Shown here piece after piece: positions 1 through 11,736 of a stretch of DNA of 64,000 nt; position 1 is the stretch's first letter; every line of letters begins with the position of its first letter. Both the position numbers and the translations under genes were made by a program. The stretch is from the NCBI RefSeq assembly GCF_009914755.1, contig NC_060940.1; one strand, written 5' to 3'. This DNA comes from the human T2T-CHM13v2.0 reference genome, Homo sapiens. The notes below the pieces were generated by a model that was not told the DNA's origin, ran no database searches, and saw only the letters and a list, made by a program, of their open reading frames with translations.

Positions 1-245
1 TATAATTATTCTCTTCCCTAACTTATTGATTTCTGGTCTTCCGTAACTTACTGGTTTCTTACGTTTATGAATCCTTTCTTAAGCTTTTTTGTTTGTTTGA
101 ATTTACTGTTATTTTTCTAAATTTTTGAGATGGAGATTTAATAAACTTATTTATATTTTTTATTTTATTGAAATTTTTCATGCTGTGAATTTTCTTCTGG
201 TTCTGATTTAAATGTGACTCTTAGATTCTGGATTTTATTTTATTC

Positions 246-246
<1 letters not shown>

Positions 247-285
<39 letters not shown>

Positions 286-569
286 TTATGACAGACTCTC
301 GCTCTGTCAGCCAGGCTGGAATGCAGTGGTACAATTTTAGCTTAGTGCAACCTCTGCCTCCAGGGTTCCAGCCATTCTCCTGCCTCAGCTTACCGAGTAG
401 CTGGTATTACAGGCACCCGCCACCATGCCTGGCTAATTTTTGTATTTTTAGTAGAGATGGGGTTTCACCATGTTTGCCTGGCTGGTCTTGAACTCCTGAC
501 CTCAGGTGATCTACCCACCTCGGCCTCCCAAAGTGCTGGGAATACAGGCGTGAGGCACTGGGCATGGCG
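247..569 (-). mobile_element. AluS (Sx-like) with (ATT)n-derived tail
   Basis: Antisense Alu dimer (CTCCCAAAGTGCTGGG, CCTCAGGTGATC); (ATT)n at about 247-285. Confidence 0.95.
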
Positions 570-996
570 CCCTCCATCGTTCTTTTTGTTTTGTTTGCAT
601 CATAGTTTGCAAAGTGTGGTTCTCCTTTCCTATTTAGCCTCTATTCCCCCAAACCATTGTTTTCCCAACACTGCCTTCTCCAATTCAGCACATGTTTTTA
701 AGTCTCTTTACTGCAGTTAGGACTCTGAGCTTCCTGTTCTGTCTGTCATTATTTTCACTTGTATGGTGGATGTGATTTCAGTTCAGTCTTGGCTCTCCAT
801 CCCTCCTCTTCTTCTTCTCCTGTGTCTCTAGACCCTCCTTATTCTTGTGAAAAGCTCAGGATGGGAAATAGGAAAATAGTTCTGCTAGAGGGTGGTATTT
901 ATTTTCAAATCACAGTTATTTAACTTTATAGTTTTGTGTGTGTCACCAAATTATGGTAAAGGATGGTATTTGTGTGGTTTATTTTTTCCTGTTTAT

Positions 997-1291
997 CTTT
1001 TTTTTTTTGCAATGGGGTCTGACTGTGTCACCCAGGTTGGAGTGCATTGGTATGATCTTGACTCACTGCGTCTTCTGGCTCTCAGGTTCAGGTAATCCTT
1101 CCACTTCAGCCTTCTGAGCAGATGGGACCACAGGCATGCCACCACAATACCTGACTAATTTTTGCATTTTTTGTAGGGATGGGGTTTTGCCATCTTGGCT
1201 AGGCTGATCTCAAACTCCTGACCTCAAGAGATCCTCCCGCCTCAGCCTCCCAAAGTGCTGGGGTTACTGGTGTGAGCCACCACACCCGGCC
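997..1291 (-). mobile_element. AluJ
   Basis: Antisense Alu with J-type GATCCTCCCGCCTCAGCC; poly-T tail at the left. Confidence 0.9.
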
Positions 1292-1459
1292 TGTTCTTGT
1301 CTATCTTTATAGAGTTGGCAGAAGATGCTAGGAGATTCCAGCTGCCATTGACTCAGCTGCATGGAAATTGCTTTTCTTTTTTAATACATTCATTATATAT
1401 GATTAGTTATTGATTATTCATTTTAAAATACTTTGCATCAAATTATTTCTCTTTCCAGG

Positions 1460-1928
1460 CAGGACTGGCTGTCTAATAGGTGCAGCCCTGTGAAAATGAA
1501 AGTTCAGGGCCCCTTCCTAAAAAATTGTAAAGAACTTCAAGATGGCGAAAGTAGAGCATCACGCCAGTCACATTGGCTCACACCTGTAATCCCAGCACTT
1601 CGGGAGGCCGAGGTGGGTGGATCTCTTGAGGTCAGGAGTTCGAAACCAACCTGGCCAACATGGTGAAACCCCATCTCTACTAAAAATACAAAAATCAGCC
1701 AGGTGTAGTGGTGCGTGCTTGTAGTCCCAGCTACTCGGGAGGCTGAGGCAGGAGAATTGCTTGAACCTGGGAGGCAGAGGTTGCAGTGAGCAGAGATCGT
1801 GCCACACTGCACTGCAGCCTGGGGGAAAGAGTGAGAGTCTGTCTCAAAAAAAGCATCAAACCAGGTGCAGGACCCTTTGAGTGGCATCCCTGTGTGTACA
1901 CAGTCATACCTCCAGGAAGGTGGTACTG
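1460..1928 (-). mobile_element. MER45A hAT-Tip100 DNA transposon split by an Alu
   Basis: CAGGACTGGCT...AAAATGAAAGTTCAGGGCCC...TTCAAGATGGCGA, resuming after the Alu as AAACCAGGTGCAGGACCCTT; matches recalled MER45A consensus. Confidence 0.75.
1562..1852 (+). mobile_element. AluS
   Basis: Full dimer; AGCATCA target-site duplication (TSD). Confidence 0.95.
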
Positions 1929-2833
1929 GTTCAATACTTTTATATATTAAGTAACTCTTGTTTAATAACTTTATATGTGTTAAGTTATCTAACACAGAGA
2001 GAGAGAGAACTAGAGACTGGAACTTAGGAGAGCCGAATTCTATTCCCAAATGTGTCTTGGATTTATAGTCTGACTTTGAACTCTGGAGTTCTGTTTTCCT
2101 ACTTGAAAAATGAAAGATTTTACCCTGAATTGCGTTTCACGAACTATCACATATATTACTGATAATACCTAAATACATTTTAATAGTGGTATTAATTATA
2201 TCACATAAATAGAAAAAAATTGAAACACATAAACTATGCTTTTTCTGTATATTTTTTCTTAGCAGGTAGTTAAGGTGAGTAATAACAAAACAAGGTCAAT
2301 TTTAAAGCACTATTGGAGAATTATAGGTGATATTTAGATTTTGTAAGAATTGTGAAGATTACATAAATACATCTAAAGTTTGGAAAACGTTGCTCAGGAT
2401 GATCCCTAAGGACGCTTTCAAGTCCTTTCAGCATTTTAGGATTCTATAATTGCATATCTTTACGCAGAATTATGCATTTTTTGATTTAGCAAATAGGTAG
2501 ATTTAAATATATAATTAAAGGTCAACCTGTTCATACCTTCCAGAAAGACTGGGGTGAGATGAATTCCATATTTTTGTGTCATCTACCACCACAAATTTTA
2601 TTTCAATTTCATATAAAGGTTAAAAATTGAGATGTCCCCATGTACACTCAACGCCATGTAGTACTGTGCCTCCTACTACGAAGTCAGGGTTGCAAAAAGC
2701 CTTCATGTAACATTGCTGTCTATGGTAACTTGATGTCATGTCTTTTTCATTTCTGGTTTTCATGTCTGTTGTATCTGACATTCTAAAGAATTCAAAATAG
2801 ATTGTTCTTGAAGGGGATATAAATAGAAGTGAT

Positions 2834-3129
2834 GGGCCGGCATGGTGGCTCACGCCTGTAATCCCAGTACTCTGGGAGGCCGAGGCAGGTGGATCATGAC
2901 GTCAGGAGTTCAAGACCAGCCTGGACAAGATGGTGAAACCCTGTCTCTACTAAAAATACAAAAAATTAGCTGGGTGTGATGGCGGGCACCTGTAATCCAA
3001 GCTACTAGGGAGGCTGAGGCAGAGAATTGCTTGAACCCGTGAGGCAGAGGTTGCAGTGAGCTGAGACTGCATCACTGCACTGCAGGCTGGGCGACAGAGT
3101 GAGACTCCATCTGAAAAAAAAAAAAAAAA
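2834..3129 (+). mobile_element. AluSg-like
   Basis: Full dimer with A tail; TSD AAATAGAAG(T/C)GAT. Confidence 0.95.
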
Positions 3130-4366
3130 TAGAAGCGATAATGCTGTACATCTGTTAGCCACTTGGATGCTCTCTGCCAGATTGCACAAAAGTTCATGGT
3201 ACGCCTGCTGTCACCAGATTTGGGTATTATTTTTTAAGAACCCAGAAATTAAAACAGATAATATGATCCTGTTGATCAAACAGTATAATTTTTAAAAAGG
3301 TACTGTTTGTTAATTTTAAGAACATTCCAGTAGACCGATTGGAGGAGAAATGTGGTCCCCCTGTTAGGCTTAGATTTTACATAAAATTTTTAAAGTGAAA
3401 TTTGATTGGAGAAGTTGAGTTTTTTTTCCAAAATATGATTTTCTTCCATTGAGATTGATTGGACTCTATAGGTTCACTGCAGGAGGGTGGGACATTCTTA
3501 CCTGTTCGTAATACAGAATTCTCTGAGAGAAATATCCCTTCATCTCAGTGTCTCAGTGGACATTGTTGGTATTCCTGAGTGTTTTGACATTTTGGCCATT
3601 TCCAAACATTTCTAGGTCTTTGTTATTGACCTGCCTACATTTCAATTCTTGGCCCTTCCCTCTGTTTTGAAATGACTCATTCTTCACAAGAGCAAACTGA
3701 AAGCTTTACTGTTAAGCAAAAAAAGAAATCTTGAGCCAAAGTATTATAACTTGCTCTGTAGGAAATGAAAACAGTGCATTGGCCATCTTTTCACCCTGTT
3801 GTTAGAGTATATTAAATTAAAATAACACAGCAAGAAACATTAGTTTCCATGATTCATTTTAGATTTATGTTGGTGTGTGGATTTGGTTGGTTGTTTCTTT
3901 GGTTAGTAGAAGGTGGTGTATTAAAGTGGAGGTCTGGTATAGCTGATGGAAATGAGTTTTTTTAAAAAGGTTATGAAACATCTATCTCCCTCTTGAGCAG
4001 TAGTCCAGGGGAGTGATCACATACTGAGATGAAAACAAGAGGGTGGTAATACAGCAAGTGGTGTATGATTCAGTAACTCCACCGGATTGCTTTATTGGTT
4101 AGGTAATGAAGCACGCTAGGGAATTTCTATCAAACAGGAGTCAACATACTGCCCAATAACATCTGAAATGACTGAACTATAAGTTTAGGGAGCATGGGAT
4201 GAGGTGTACTGTTAAATCGCTCCTATGCTGGAAAGTGTTCCCTAAGTTCTTCCCATCACTACCTGGAGAAGTTGATGCGGGATTACTGGGAGAAGGCTTG
4301 TGACTTTTAGGTCCTCTCAGAGCTCTTCACTTTGCTCCATGTTGTGTGTTGTTTTCTTGTTCGTGA

Positions 4367-4390
4367 TTTTTTTTTTTTTTTTTTTTTTTT
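4367..4390. repeat. T24 homopolymer not attached to an Alu
   Basis: 24 consecutive T. Confidence 0.9.
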
Positions 4391-4974
4391 ACAATGAAGG
4401 CATTCCAATCGGGCTAATACAAACATGAGGCATTCTCAAACTACAGGAAATTGCTTTCCTTAACTACACTCTTTGAAAAAAAATGGGGTTTAATTACCTG
4501 CTGCTTTTCTATTGCTCAGATTCCCTTCAGGATGCAGGGGGAGGGATGGGAGAGAAGTTTCCTTTGTGATTTAATGTAATTATTCATAATGACTACATAT
4601 GGTCATTTTATAAGTTCCTAATTATTTTAAGTGATTGGTGCATGGTCATTTGCATAGGCTGTTTAGCAGAAAACTCATTCAGTGACCTACATATAAATCA
4701 TGGAATAGTTTCTAGGCATGTAAAGCGGGTGAGAGAAACCAAACCCTTCCCCCCATCACTTATGGTTCCAATGTATGCATCCCAGAATGTTTAATGTAAA
4801 TCATAATAGCAGCTTGGATCCAGTATTCTTCATACAAATGTGTGGTTGATGTAGGGAAACATGTTTAATGTTTTCTTTCAGTAGCAGATGGTACATGGAT
4901 TTTTATTTGATGCAGGCACTGCTTTCCAAGGTAATTGTCAAGGGCTTTTTTCCCCCTATGAAAAAAATGGAGGG

Positions 4975-5130
4975 AAGGCCTCTGGATCAACCCATTCATT
5001 TCACAGATGAGCAAACTGAGACCTCAAATATTGAGTAATTTTCCCTAAATCACCAGTTTTTAAACAGAGTGAGGGCTAAAATTCACATCTCCTGACAGTC
5101 AGCTTAATTCTCTTTTCGTCATACTGCACA
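4975..5130 (-). mobile_element. MIR fragment
   Basis: MIR core CATTTCACAGATGAGCAAACTGAG. Confidence 0.7.
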
Positions 5131-5574
5131 TTTTCTCTTGATAGTTGATGTGATATATGTCACTTTAAAAAAATGAGTTTCCATTTCTGGGTATATTTTA
5201 TCTACTTTCCTCCTCAGAAAGCCAAGTTCTGTTGATTCATAGTAAGGACCAGATATTTCATAGTGCTAATTCCAAGCTGGGTATAATTTGTGACTTCTAG
5301 GTTACCCACTTGTGTCCACAAACCACCTAAATTTTTTAATTGTACACAGTCAAGTCACCTTGATAGAAGGGGCCTTGAGAGCTCATCTAATTCAGTGATT
5401 TTTCCAACACTGGTTTCAGGGCTGCTGATGTGCTATTGCATTTCACCCGAGTCCACAACAAAATAAGAAGAAAAAAAATCAGCTCTGGGGAGTTTTGTCC
5501 TCAAGTTAAATTAATTCCCATTTTTTTTAAGTTACGTCTTTATCAAATGTTGATGCTTAAAGAGAGACATTGTT

Positions 5575-5901
<327 letters not shown>

Positions 5902-6093
5902 TTATTTTCATGAGAAAACAAGAAATGACACATGTATGTCAGCTTTCCACAAAATCACCCCCTGCCTTCCCTTTCCTTTTATGTTCTTATGTTTTTATTG
6001 TGTTTACCTGTCAGTGAATCCAAACATTGAGAAACATTGGGATAAGGGAATGTTATTTTCTAGGAAACCAAAGTTTTAAAATATCATGGTTAC

Positions 6094-6452
6094 TGTATTA
6101 GTCCATTTTCATGCTGCTGACAAAGACATACCTGAGATTGGGCAATTTACAAAAGAAAGAGGTTTATTAGGCTTACATTTCCACGTGGCTGGGGAGGCCT
6201 GACAGTCATGGCGGAAGGTGAAAGGTATGTCTCACATGGTGGCGGACAAGAGAAGAGAGCTTATGCAGGGAAACTCCCATTTTTTAAACCATCATATCTG
6301 AAGAGACTTATTCACTATGAAGAGAACAGTGAAGGAAAGACCCACCCCCGTAATTCAGTCAACTCTCACTGGGTTCCTCCCATGACACTTGGGAATTGTG
6401 GGAGTTACAATTCAAGACGACATGTGAGTGGGTACACAGCCAAACCATATCA
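6094..6452 (-). mobile_element. THE1B solo LTR (MaLR)
   Basis: TGTATTAGTCC...CCAAACCATATCA; perfect 5-bp TSD GTTAC. Confidence 0.9.
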
Positions 6453-7284
6453 GTTACTATAGTCATTTTTTGGCAAAACCAAGAAATAGCAAACTTGAGC
6501 CCGATTCCTTAAAACAGATAAAGCACCCTAACCCCCCACTGCCAAATCAACACTCTTCCACTATATCATTTTCCATTTTCAATAAATAACTCTTTCATCC
6601 ACTGTAAATAACAGAATAGATGTTGTCTATGAATTCACTGCTTAATATTTCATTTATCTACTTCCTTCTACCCTTATTCATACCTATCCTAAACACTTTT
6701 CAAAGGAACTTTCTCTCTGTCTCTTGTTAAAAATTTTCTCTTGTAATTCTTAAATATGTACAGATGTTACCAATTGATAAGAGATTCTTTTTTGATGAAC
6801 TTTCTCTCCTGGGTACACATTTATGATCCTAAACGCCCCATGAAGATGGGCCTACATCTGCCTTCCAACTTCTTCTATGTCCCTCAGTCATAAATATCTA
6901 CATTGTTTCTTTGATAAATTTTGGGAATGATAGAAGACAATAAGTTGTATGATGACTGCTTGCCTTGTTCTTTGTTAAATGTACCTATGTCTCCACCCCC
7001 TTTCTTCCACATCTCAAATTGGAAATCATTGAGTACTAGGAGAGAGAGGAAACAGGGCATTCCTTAGTGGGAAAACATAAGATGCCACGGGCAGTCTAAA
7101 TGTCAAGATTTGGACTGCTGGTCTAAAAGGTTTCCACTCTCTGGGTTGCTCTAGTGAAGCAAATAAATAGAGTAACACATCGATCCTCCCACAGGTAGAA
7201 GGCTCTGCTGTTCGTTGTTTTACTACTCTGCAGATAGGCAGCAGCAGCAGCAGAATTTGTTAGCAAGGATCAGTCTGAGTCGCC

Positions 7285-7555
7285 TATGTTTACTAAGGAA
7301 TCTGTCCAAATTGGCCGTGCCTTTGATGGATATTGTTATTCCCCCATAACGCTGTCCTTAGGATCCTGGTAAATCTCAGAAATCTCTATACAAAGTTACC
7401 GTTTCAGAGCAATGAATGTGGGCAAAGGTGAAAATCATTATGAAGCAGAGAGTGGAGATTATTAACAGGTGGTCGAAAGAGAGAGCGAGAGAAAGGGGGA
7501 GAGAGATAGAGTTGCTTTGTTGCGCAATAACATGAAGATAAAACAGTTAAACACA
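7285..7555. promoter_or_regulatory. Candidate enhancer: FOX/TCF/HNF4/CEBP/GATA motif cluster
   Basis: TGTTTAC 7287, CCTTTGAT 7320, TGGGCAAAGGTGA 7419, GTTGCGCAAT 7519, AGATAA 7536 in repeat-free DNA. Confidence 0.45.
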
Positions 7556-7899
7556 TATATCCTGTTTCCCCCAGTACAAGCCTAATGTTGCTGATTTCAG
7601 GTTCCTGTGACATCATTCATTTACTGCACCTATTATATTACAATGGGGGTAAAAGAAGCACTTTCCATTTTCATGACAGAAGAAATGAAACAGCACCAGC
7701 ATTAACAATAGCATACTGGGCACTGTATCTGTTCTCCTTGGTTCTGGAAAGGTCCTAGAGATTTATGAGTAAATTGGACCATTCCAACTATAGGCATTAA
7801 AGTTCTGGTGTTTCCAAACCACGTTGGCTCTTGGGGTCCATTATACCTGGTTTTATGATGTTTAAAAATCCAATATCATTTGGTAAGAAGTAACACAAC

Positions 7900-8220
7900 A
7901 TTATGTCTGCAATCATGAGCTCTAGAACCACTCGACTTGAGTTGCTATCCCATTTCTACTAACTGGTAGCTAGCTGACTTTTGGAAAGGTACTTAAACTT
8001 TCTGTGTCAGTATTTTCTTGTCTTTGAAATGGAGATGATGATGATGGTGATCACGGTGATGGTGATAGTGGTGATGGTGATGATGGGAATAGGGATGATG
8101 ATGATGATGATGGTGATGATGAAGTTGATAGTGATAAAACCCAACACATAGGCATGTTAGAAAGACTATAAATATATGCCACACCCTTAAACAGCATCTA
8201 GCACGCATTTAATAAATAGG
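7900..8220 (+). mobile_element. MIR interrupted by a (GAT/GGT)n expansion
   Basis: MIR core ACTTAAACTTTCTGTGTCAGTATTTTCTTGTCTTTGAAATGG, then the repeat, then a MIR 3' tail. Confidence 0.65.
8033..8135. repeat. Imperfect (GAT/GGT)n trinucleotide repeat
   Basis: GATGATGATGATGGTGATCACGGTGATGG... Confidence 0.9.
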
Positions 8221-9417
8221 TCTCATTGTGATTAGCAGAACAAATGAAAGCAGGGCGTTTCTAGTCTCTTCTCTGGTCGTGTCCCTAAGAGAAACTGGAG
8301 GTGCCTAAGAATCACTGGGGATACTAGTCCCAGAGAAGAGTTCCTGGATCCTGTTACATGCTTCCTGAATCTGCATAGATTGTATCTAGAAACTTGCATT
8401 TTTGATAAACTCTGAAAAAGGTTAAATTTTGAGAATTGATGGATTTGGGCAAACGTGAAAGCCATTCTGAGACAGAAGAAGTAGAGGCTATCACCAGGTG
8501 GTCCTGCTTAATAGATAGGGAGAGACAGAGAGCTGCTATGTTGTTTAATTCAGAATGGCAGGGAGCTGAAACATTGCCTAATTCTGAACCAGACCCCTGA
8601 TGCTTAAATAGGAAGCCCAGATAACACCCCCAATTCTAACTGCAGCCATGCTAACTAAGATAACAGCTGTCTGTATTCAAAGACACATATATCTGTGCTT
8701 TGTTGACTAGTGCCTTTCGTTTCTCTGGCCAAAGCAAATGTGCTTTTTTGGCTTTAATTTTGTGCTTTTCACTAATTAAGTTGTTTATATGAACTAAAAT
8801 ATTTATACACCCAAGATAATGAAAATAACCCATGATAAATGGAACAAATGGAGTAAAAGTAAAGTAGATTTAGTGGCACCATAGTTTATTGAGCATCTGT
8901 GATTAGATTGTGTTCCCTAGGATGCTTCGGGGAGTGTAATTCAATCTGCAGTTTGAACTGATGACTCTTCCTTTCTGTAGAGGTTTAGAGAAAAAAAATG
9001 AATTCTTGTTTTTAATATCTCAAGTTTCTCTTCAAATGGCTACTTGTTACATCTTGGGGTAGGAGGGGAGTCTTTTAGGAAAAAGAAGAATGGGTATATT
9101 TCGTTGCCATCCAGGAGGGAGACTGGGCAGAAAATTAGGCTATATTTGGTAGCTTATAATCTAGGATGTGTGAAGATGGGGTACGGTGACTAGCTGATGC
9201 AGGTGAATCCCAGAACTGGGGCTCAGCTTCGAAGAGTTCTTAGCTTTGCTCAGGAAAGAATTCAAAAGTGTGCTGATGGAGGAGAGCCAGTTTACTAGGG
9301 GAAACCGTGCACAGCAATATGGCTGCTCCATAGACACAGCAGGGCCACCCCACAGGCCGAGTAGCACTCCTGGATTGTTGGCTAGCTGTATTTCTAGCTA
9401 CTTATCATTATATGCTA

Positions 9418-9495
9418 TTAGGTTGGTGCAAAAGTAATGGCAGTCTTTGTAGTTAAAAAAAGGTAAAAACTGCATTGACTTTTGCATTAACCTAA
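9418..9495. mobile_element. MADE1 Mariner MITE
   Basis: TTAGGTTGGTGCAAAAGTAA...ACTTTTGCATTAACCTAA inverted repeats, TA on both sides. Confidence 0.9.
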
Positions 9496-9550
9496 TAAGG
9501 CGTGAGTTATTCGCAAACTTTCTGGAAAAGAGGGAGTTCCCAGAGCCATT

Positions 9551-10127
9551 CATGATGGTTAATATTAGGTGTTAACTTGATTGGATTGAAGGATGCCTAG
9601 AGAGCTGGTGAACTATTGTTTCTGGGTATGTGTGTGAAGGTGTTGTCAGAGGAGATAAACACCTGAGGGAGCGGCCTGGGAGAGAAAGACCCACCCTCAA
9701 TCTGTGTTGGCACCATCCAATCAGCTGCCAGTACAGCTCGTATAAAGCAGGTGGAAGAAGGTGGGATGAGCTAGTTTGCTGAGTCTTCCACCTTTTGTCT
9801 TTCTCCTGTGCTGGATACTTCTTGCCCTTGAACATCAGCCTCCAGGTTCTTTAGCCTTTGGACCGCTGGACTTAACACCAGTGGTTTGCTAGAGGCTCTT
9901 GGGACTTTAGCCACAGACTGAAGGCTGCGCTGTCAGCTTCCCTGCTTTTAAGGTTTCGGGACTCGGAGTGAGTCATTACTGGCTTCCTTGCTCTTCAGTT
10001 TGCAGATGGCTTATAGTGAGACTTCGTCTTGTGATGATGTGAGTCAATTCTCCTTAATAAACTTCCTTTCATATATATTAAACACATATATCCTATTAGT
10101 TCTGTCCCTCTGGAGAACCCTAATACA
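9551..10127 (+). mobile_element. MLT2A2-like solo LTR (HERV-L)
   Basis: GATGGTTAATATTAGGTGTTAACTTGATTGGATTGAAGGATGC start, GAGAACCCTAATACA end, TSD CCATT/CCATC. Confidence 0.85.
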
Positions 10128-10482
10128 CCATCTAAGATAACTTCTGGGCATTGTCATGGTGTCAGTAAACTGTCATGGTGCTGGTAGGATTGTCTTATGC
10201 AGATGTATTATCGTTCCTAGTCCTACTGGTTTGGGCCAATTTCTTTGCGACATCCAGTTTTGATCAACAGGGTATTGAAAACAAGTCTTGCTGTTTTCCT
10301 GCCTCATAACCATGTCTGTTTGCCCAAGACTGTCCCAGTTTTAGCACTCAGCATTGAAAACCCAGCACCCTGGAAACACCTTAGTCCTGGGCCAACCAGA
10401 CGGGCTGGTAGTACCAAAAGTCAGGGCTACCTATTTTTGTTTTTCATGCAATAAGTTAAGGAAGTGGTTTCCTACTCTAGGA

Positions 10483-10650
10483 TAGTGCTTCTCACTCTTT
10501 AACAGTGATAGGCATTGCCTGGGGATCTTGCTAAATGCAAATTTTGGTTCAATAAGTCTCGGGTGGGGTCGGAGCATCTGCATTTCTAATAGGCTTCCAG
10601 GTGATTCAAAAGCCGCCCTTCCGTGCACGCTACACTTTAAGTAACAAGCT
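10483..10650. mobile_element. MER5 (hAT-Charlie)
   Basis: CCTGGGGATCTTGCTAAATGCA...ATCTGCATTTCTAATAGGCTTCCAGGTGAT. Confidence 0.75.
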
Positions 10651-11114
10651 TCTAGAGGGCCCGGTAATCACCTGGCCGGATGGTTAAAGAGCAAATTCAG
10701 GATACCAACATTTTTTAATTCTTCGCAATTACTTTTTTCTCTCCCTAAAATTTTTGCCTTTTAAATCACTGGAGTAGGCCCGTGGACGTTCAGTTTTTCC
10801 TAAAAAGACTCCTTTTATCTTTTAGATAAAGTACAAAGTAAGGGTCTCTAGAAAGCAGTAGATGACAAAGTAGCTTTTGAAACTAAAATCTCATGTGAGT
10901 GACTGTATAAATAGCATACAAAATGGAAGGATTTTTCATTTTCTTCTGGTTGTTTTTCTATGTAGTTGGAAGTTAATTCACTTCAAGTGGAAATCTGGAA
11001 ACTAGTTTGCTATCCGTCTTGCCCCTGTTTGAGTATCTCTCAAGGGTATCTGACAACAGTGTGGGAAATCAATAAATGTTTGTTCAATAAATGAAAAAGT
11101 GAGAATCATTTAAT

Positions 11115-11270
11115 GCAATGATACTTAAACTTGAACATGCACAAAAATCAGACGGAGGACTTGTTAAAAGTGCGGATTGCCATTCAGTAGATCTGGGGAT
11201 TGACCTATTAAGCATTTCTGATATGCTCCTAGGTGATGTTGATGTCTTGGAACACACTGTGAATGGCAAG
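11115..11270. mobile_element. MER5 (hAT-Charlie)
   Basis: CTTGTTAAAAGTGCGGATTGC...CTCCTAGGTGATGTTGATG. Confidence 0.7.
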
Positions 11271-11736
11271 AATCAAGATTGAACATGCAAAAAAAAAAAA
11301 AAAAAGGTAACGTTACATATCATGTATTTTGCCATGCAATTAAAATGCTGGGAAGTGTGATGATGATTTTGTCCTTTAGAACATATAAATGGGATCTACA
11401 GTTGAGAGAGAACCATACAAGGCTCTTGGTAATGGTCAGGCTTATGTATTTAAGGTGTAATTGCATCTATCTTTATACTAGTTCCTTTCCCTTGGGAACT
11501 GCTCAGCTGAAGATAAATAAGCAAAACGGGCACATGTGTAGCCTAATAGCAAATATAAAGATTATTGAGCCAGTTTATAGTGACTCAATAAAATTCTGCT
11601 TGTCATGGGTAAGCAAAAGTCAGGGCCCTTGAAATTTAGGGTGCAGCAAAAGGAAGCCCATAATTGGGGTGGAGGTTGGGGAGATGGCCAGGAGACTCAT
11701 GTGTCCATCAGGAGACAGCTAATTGGGCAGGAAAGG

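Larger units (their letters stand above)
9195..10306 (-). mobile_element. ERV1-class solo LTR (LTR26/MER41-group-like) hosting MADE1 and MLT2A
   Basis: TG...CA ends, TSD TAGC/TAAC, GGAAAGAATTCAA and GTAAACTGTCATGG motifs. Confidence 0.7.
9182..10416 (+). mobile_element. MER81 hAT-Blackjack element in two halves (9182-9194 and 10307-10416)
   Basis: TACGGTGACTAGC resembles the TAGGGTGACCAAC terminus; body GTTTGCCCAAGACTGTCCCAGTTTTAGCACT resumes after the LTR. Confidence 0.65.

Noticed and set aside
1537-2049. 170-aa ORF and the many similar ORFs (for example 5720-6079, 33346-33708, 39664-40119, 52078-52524)
   Set aside because: Translations of Alu sequence ([23 protein letters not shown]); not genes
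7993-8208. Poly-histidine ORF
   Set aside because: Antisense reading of a (GAT/GGT)n repeat inside a MIR
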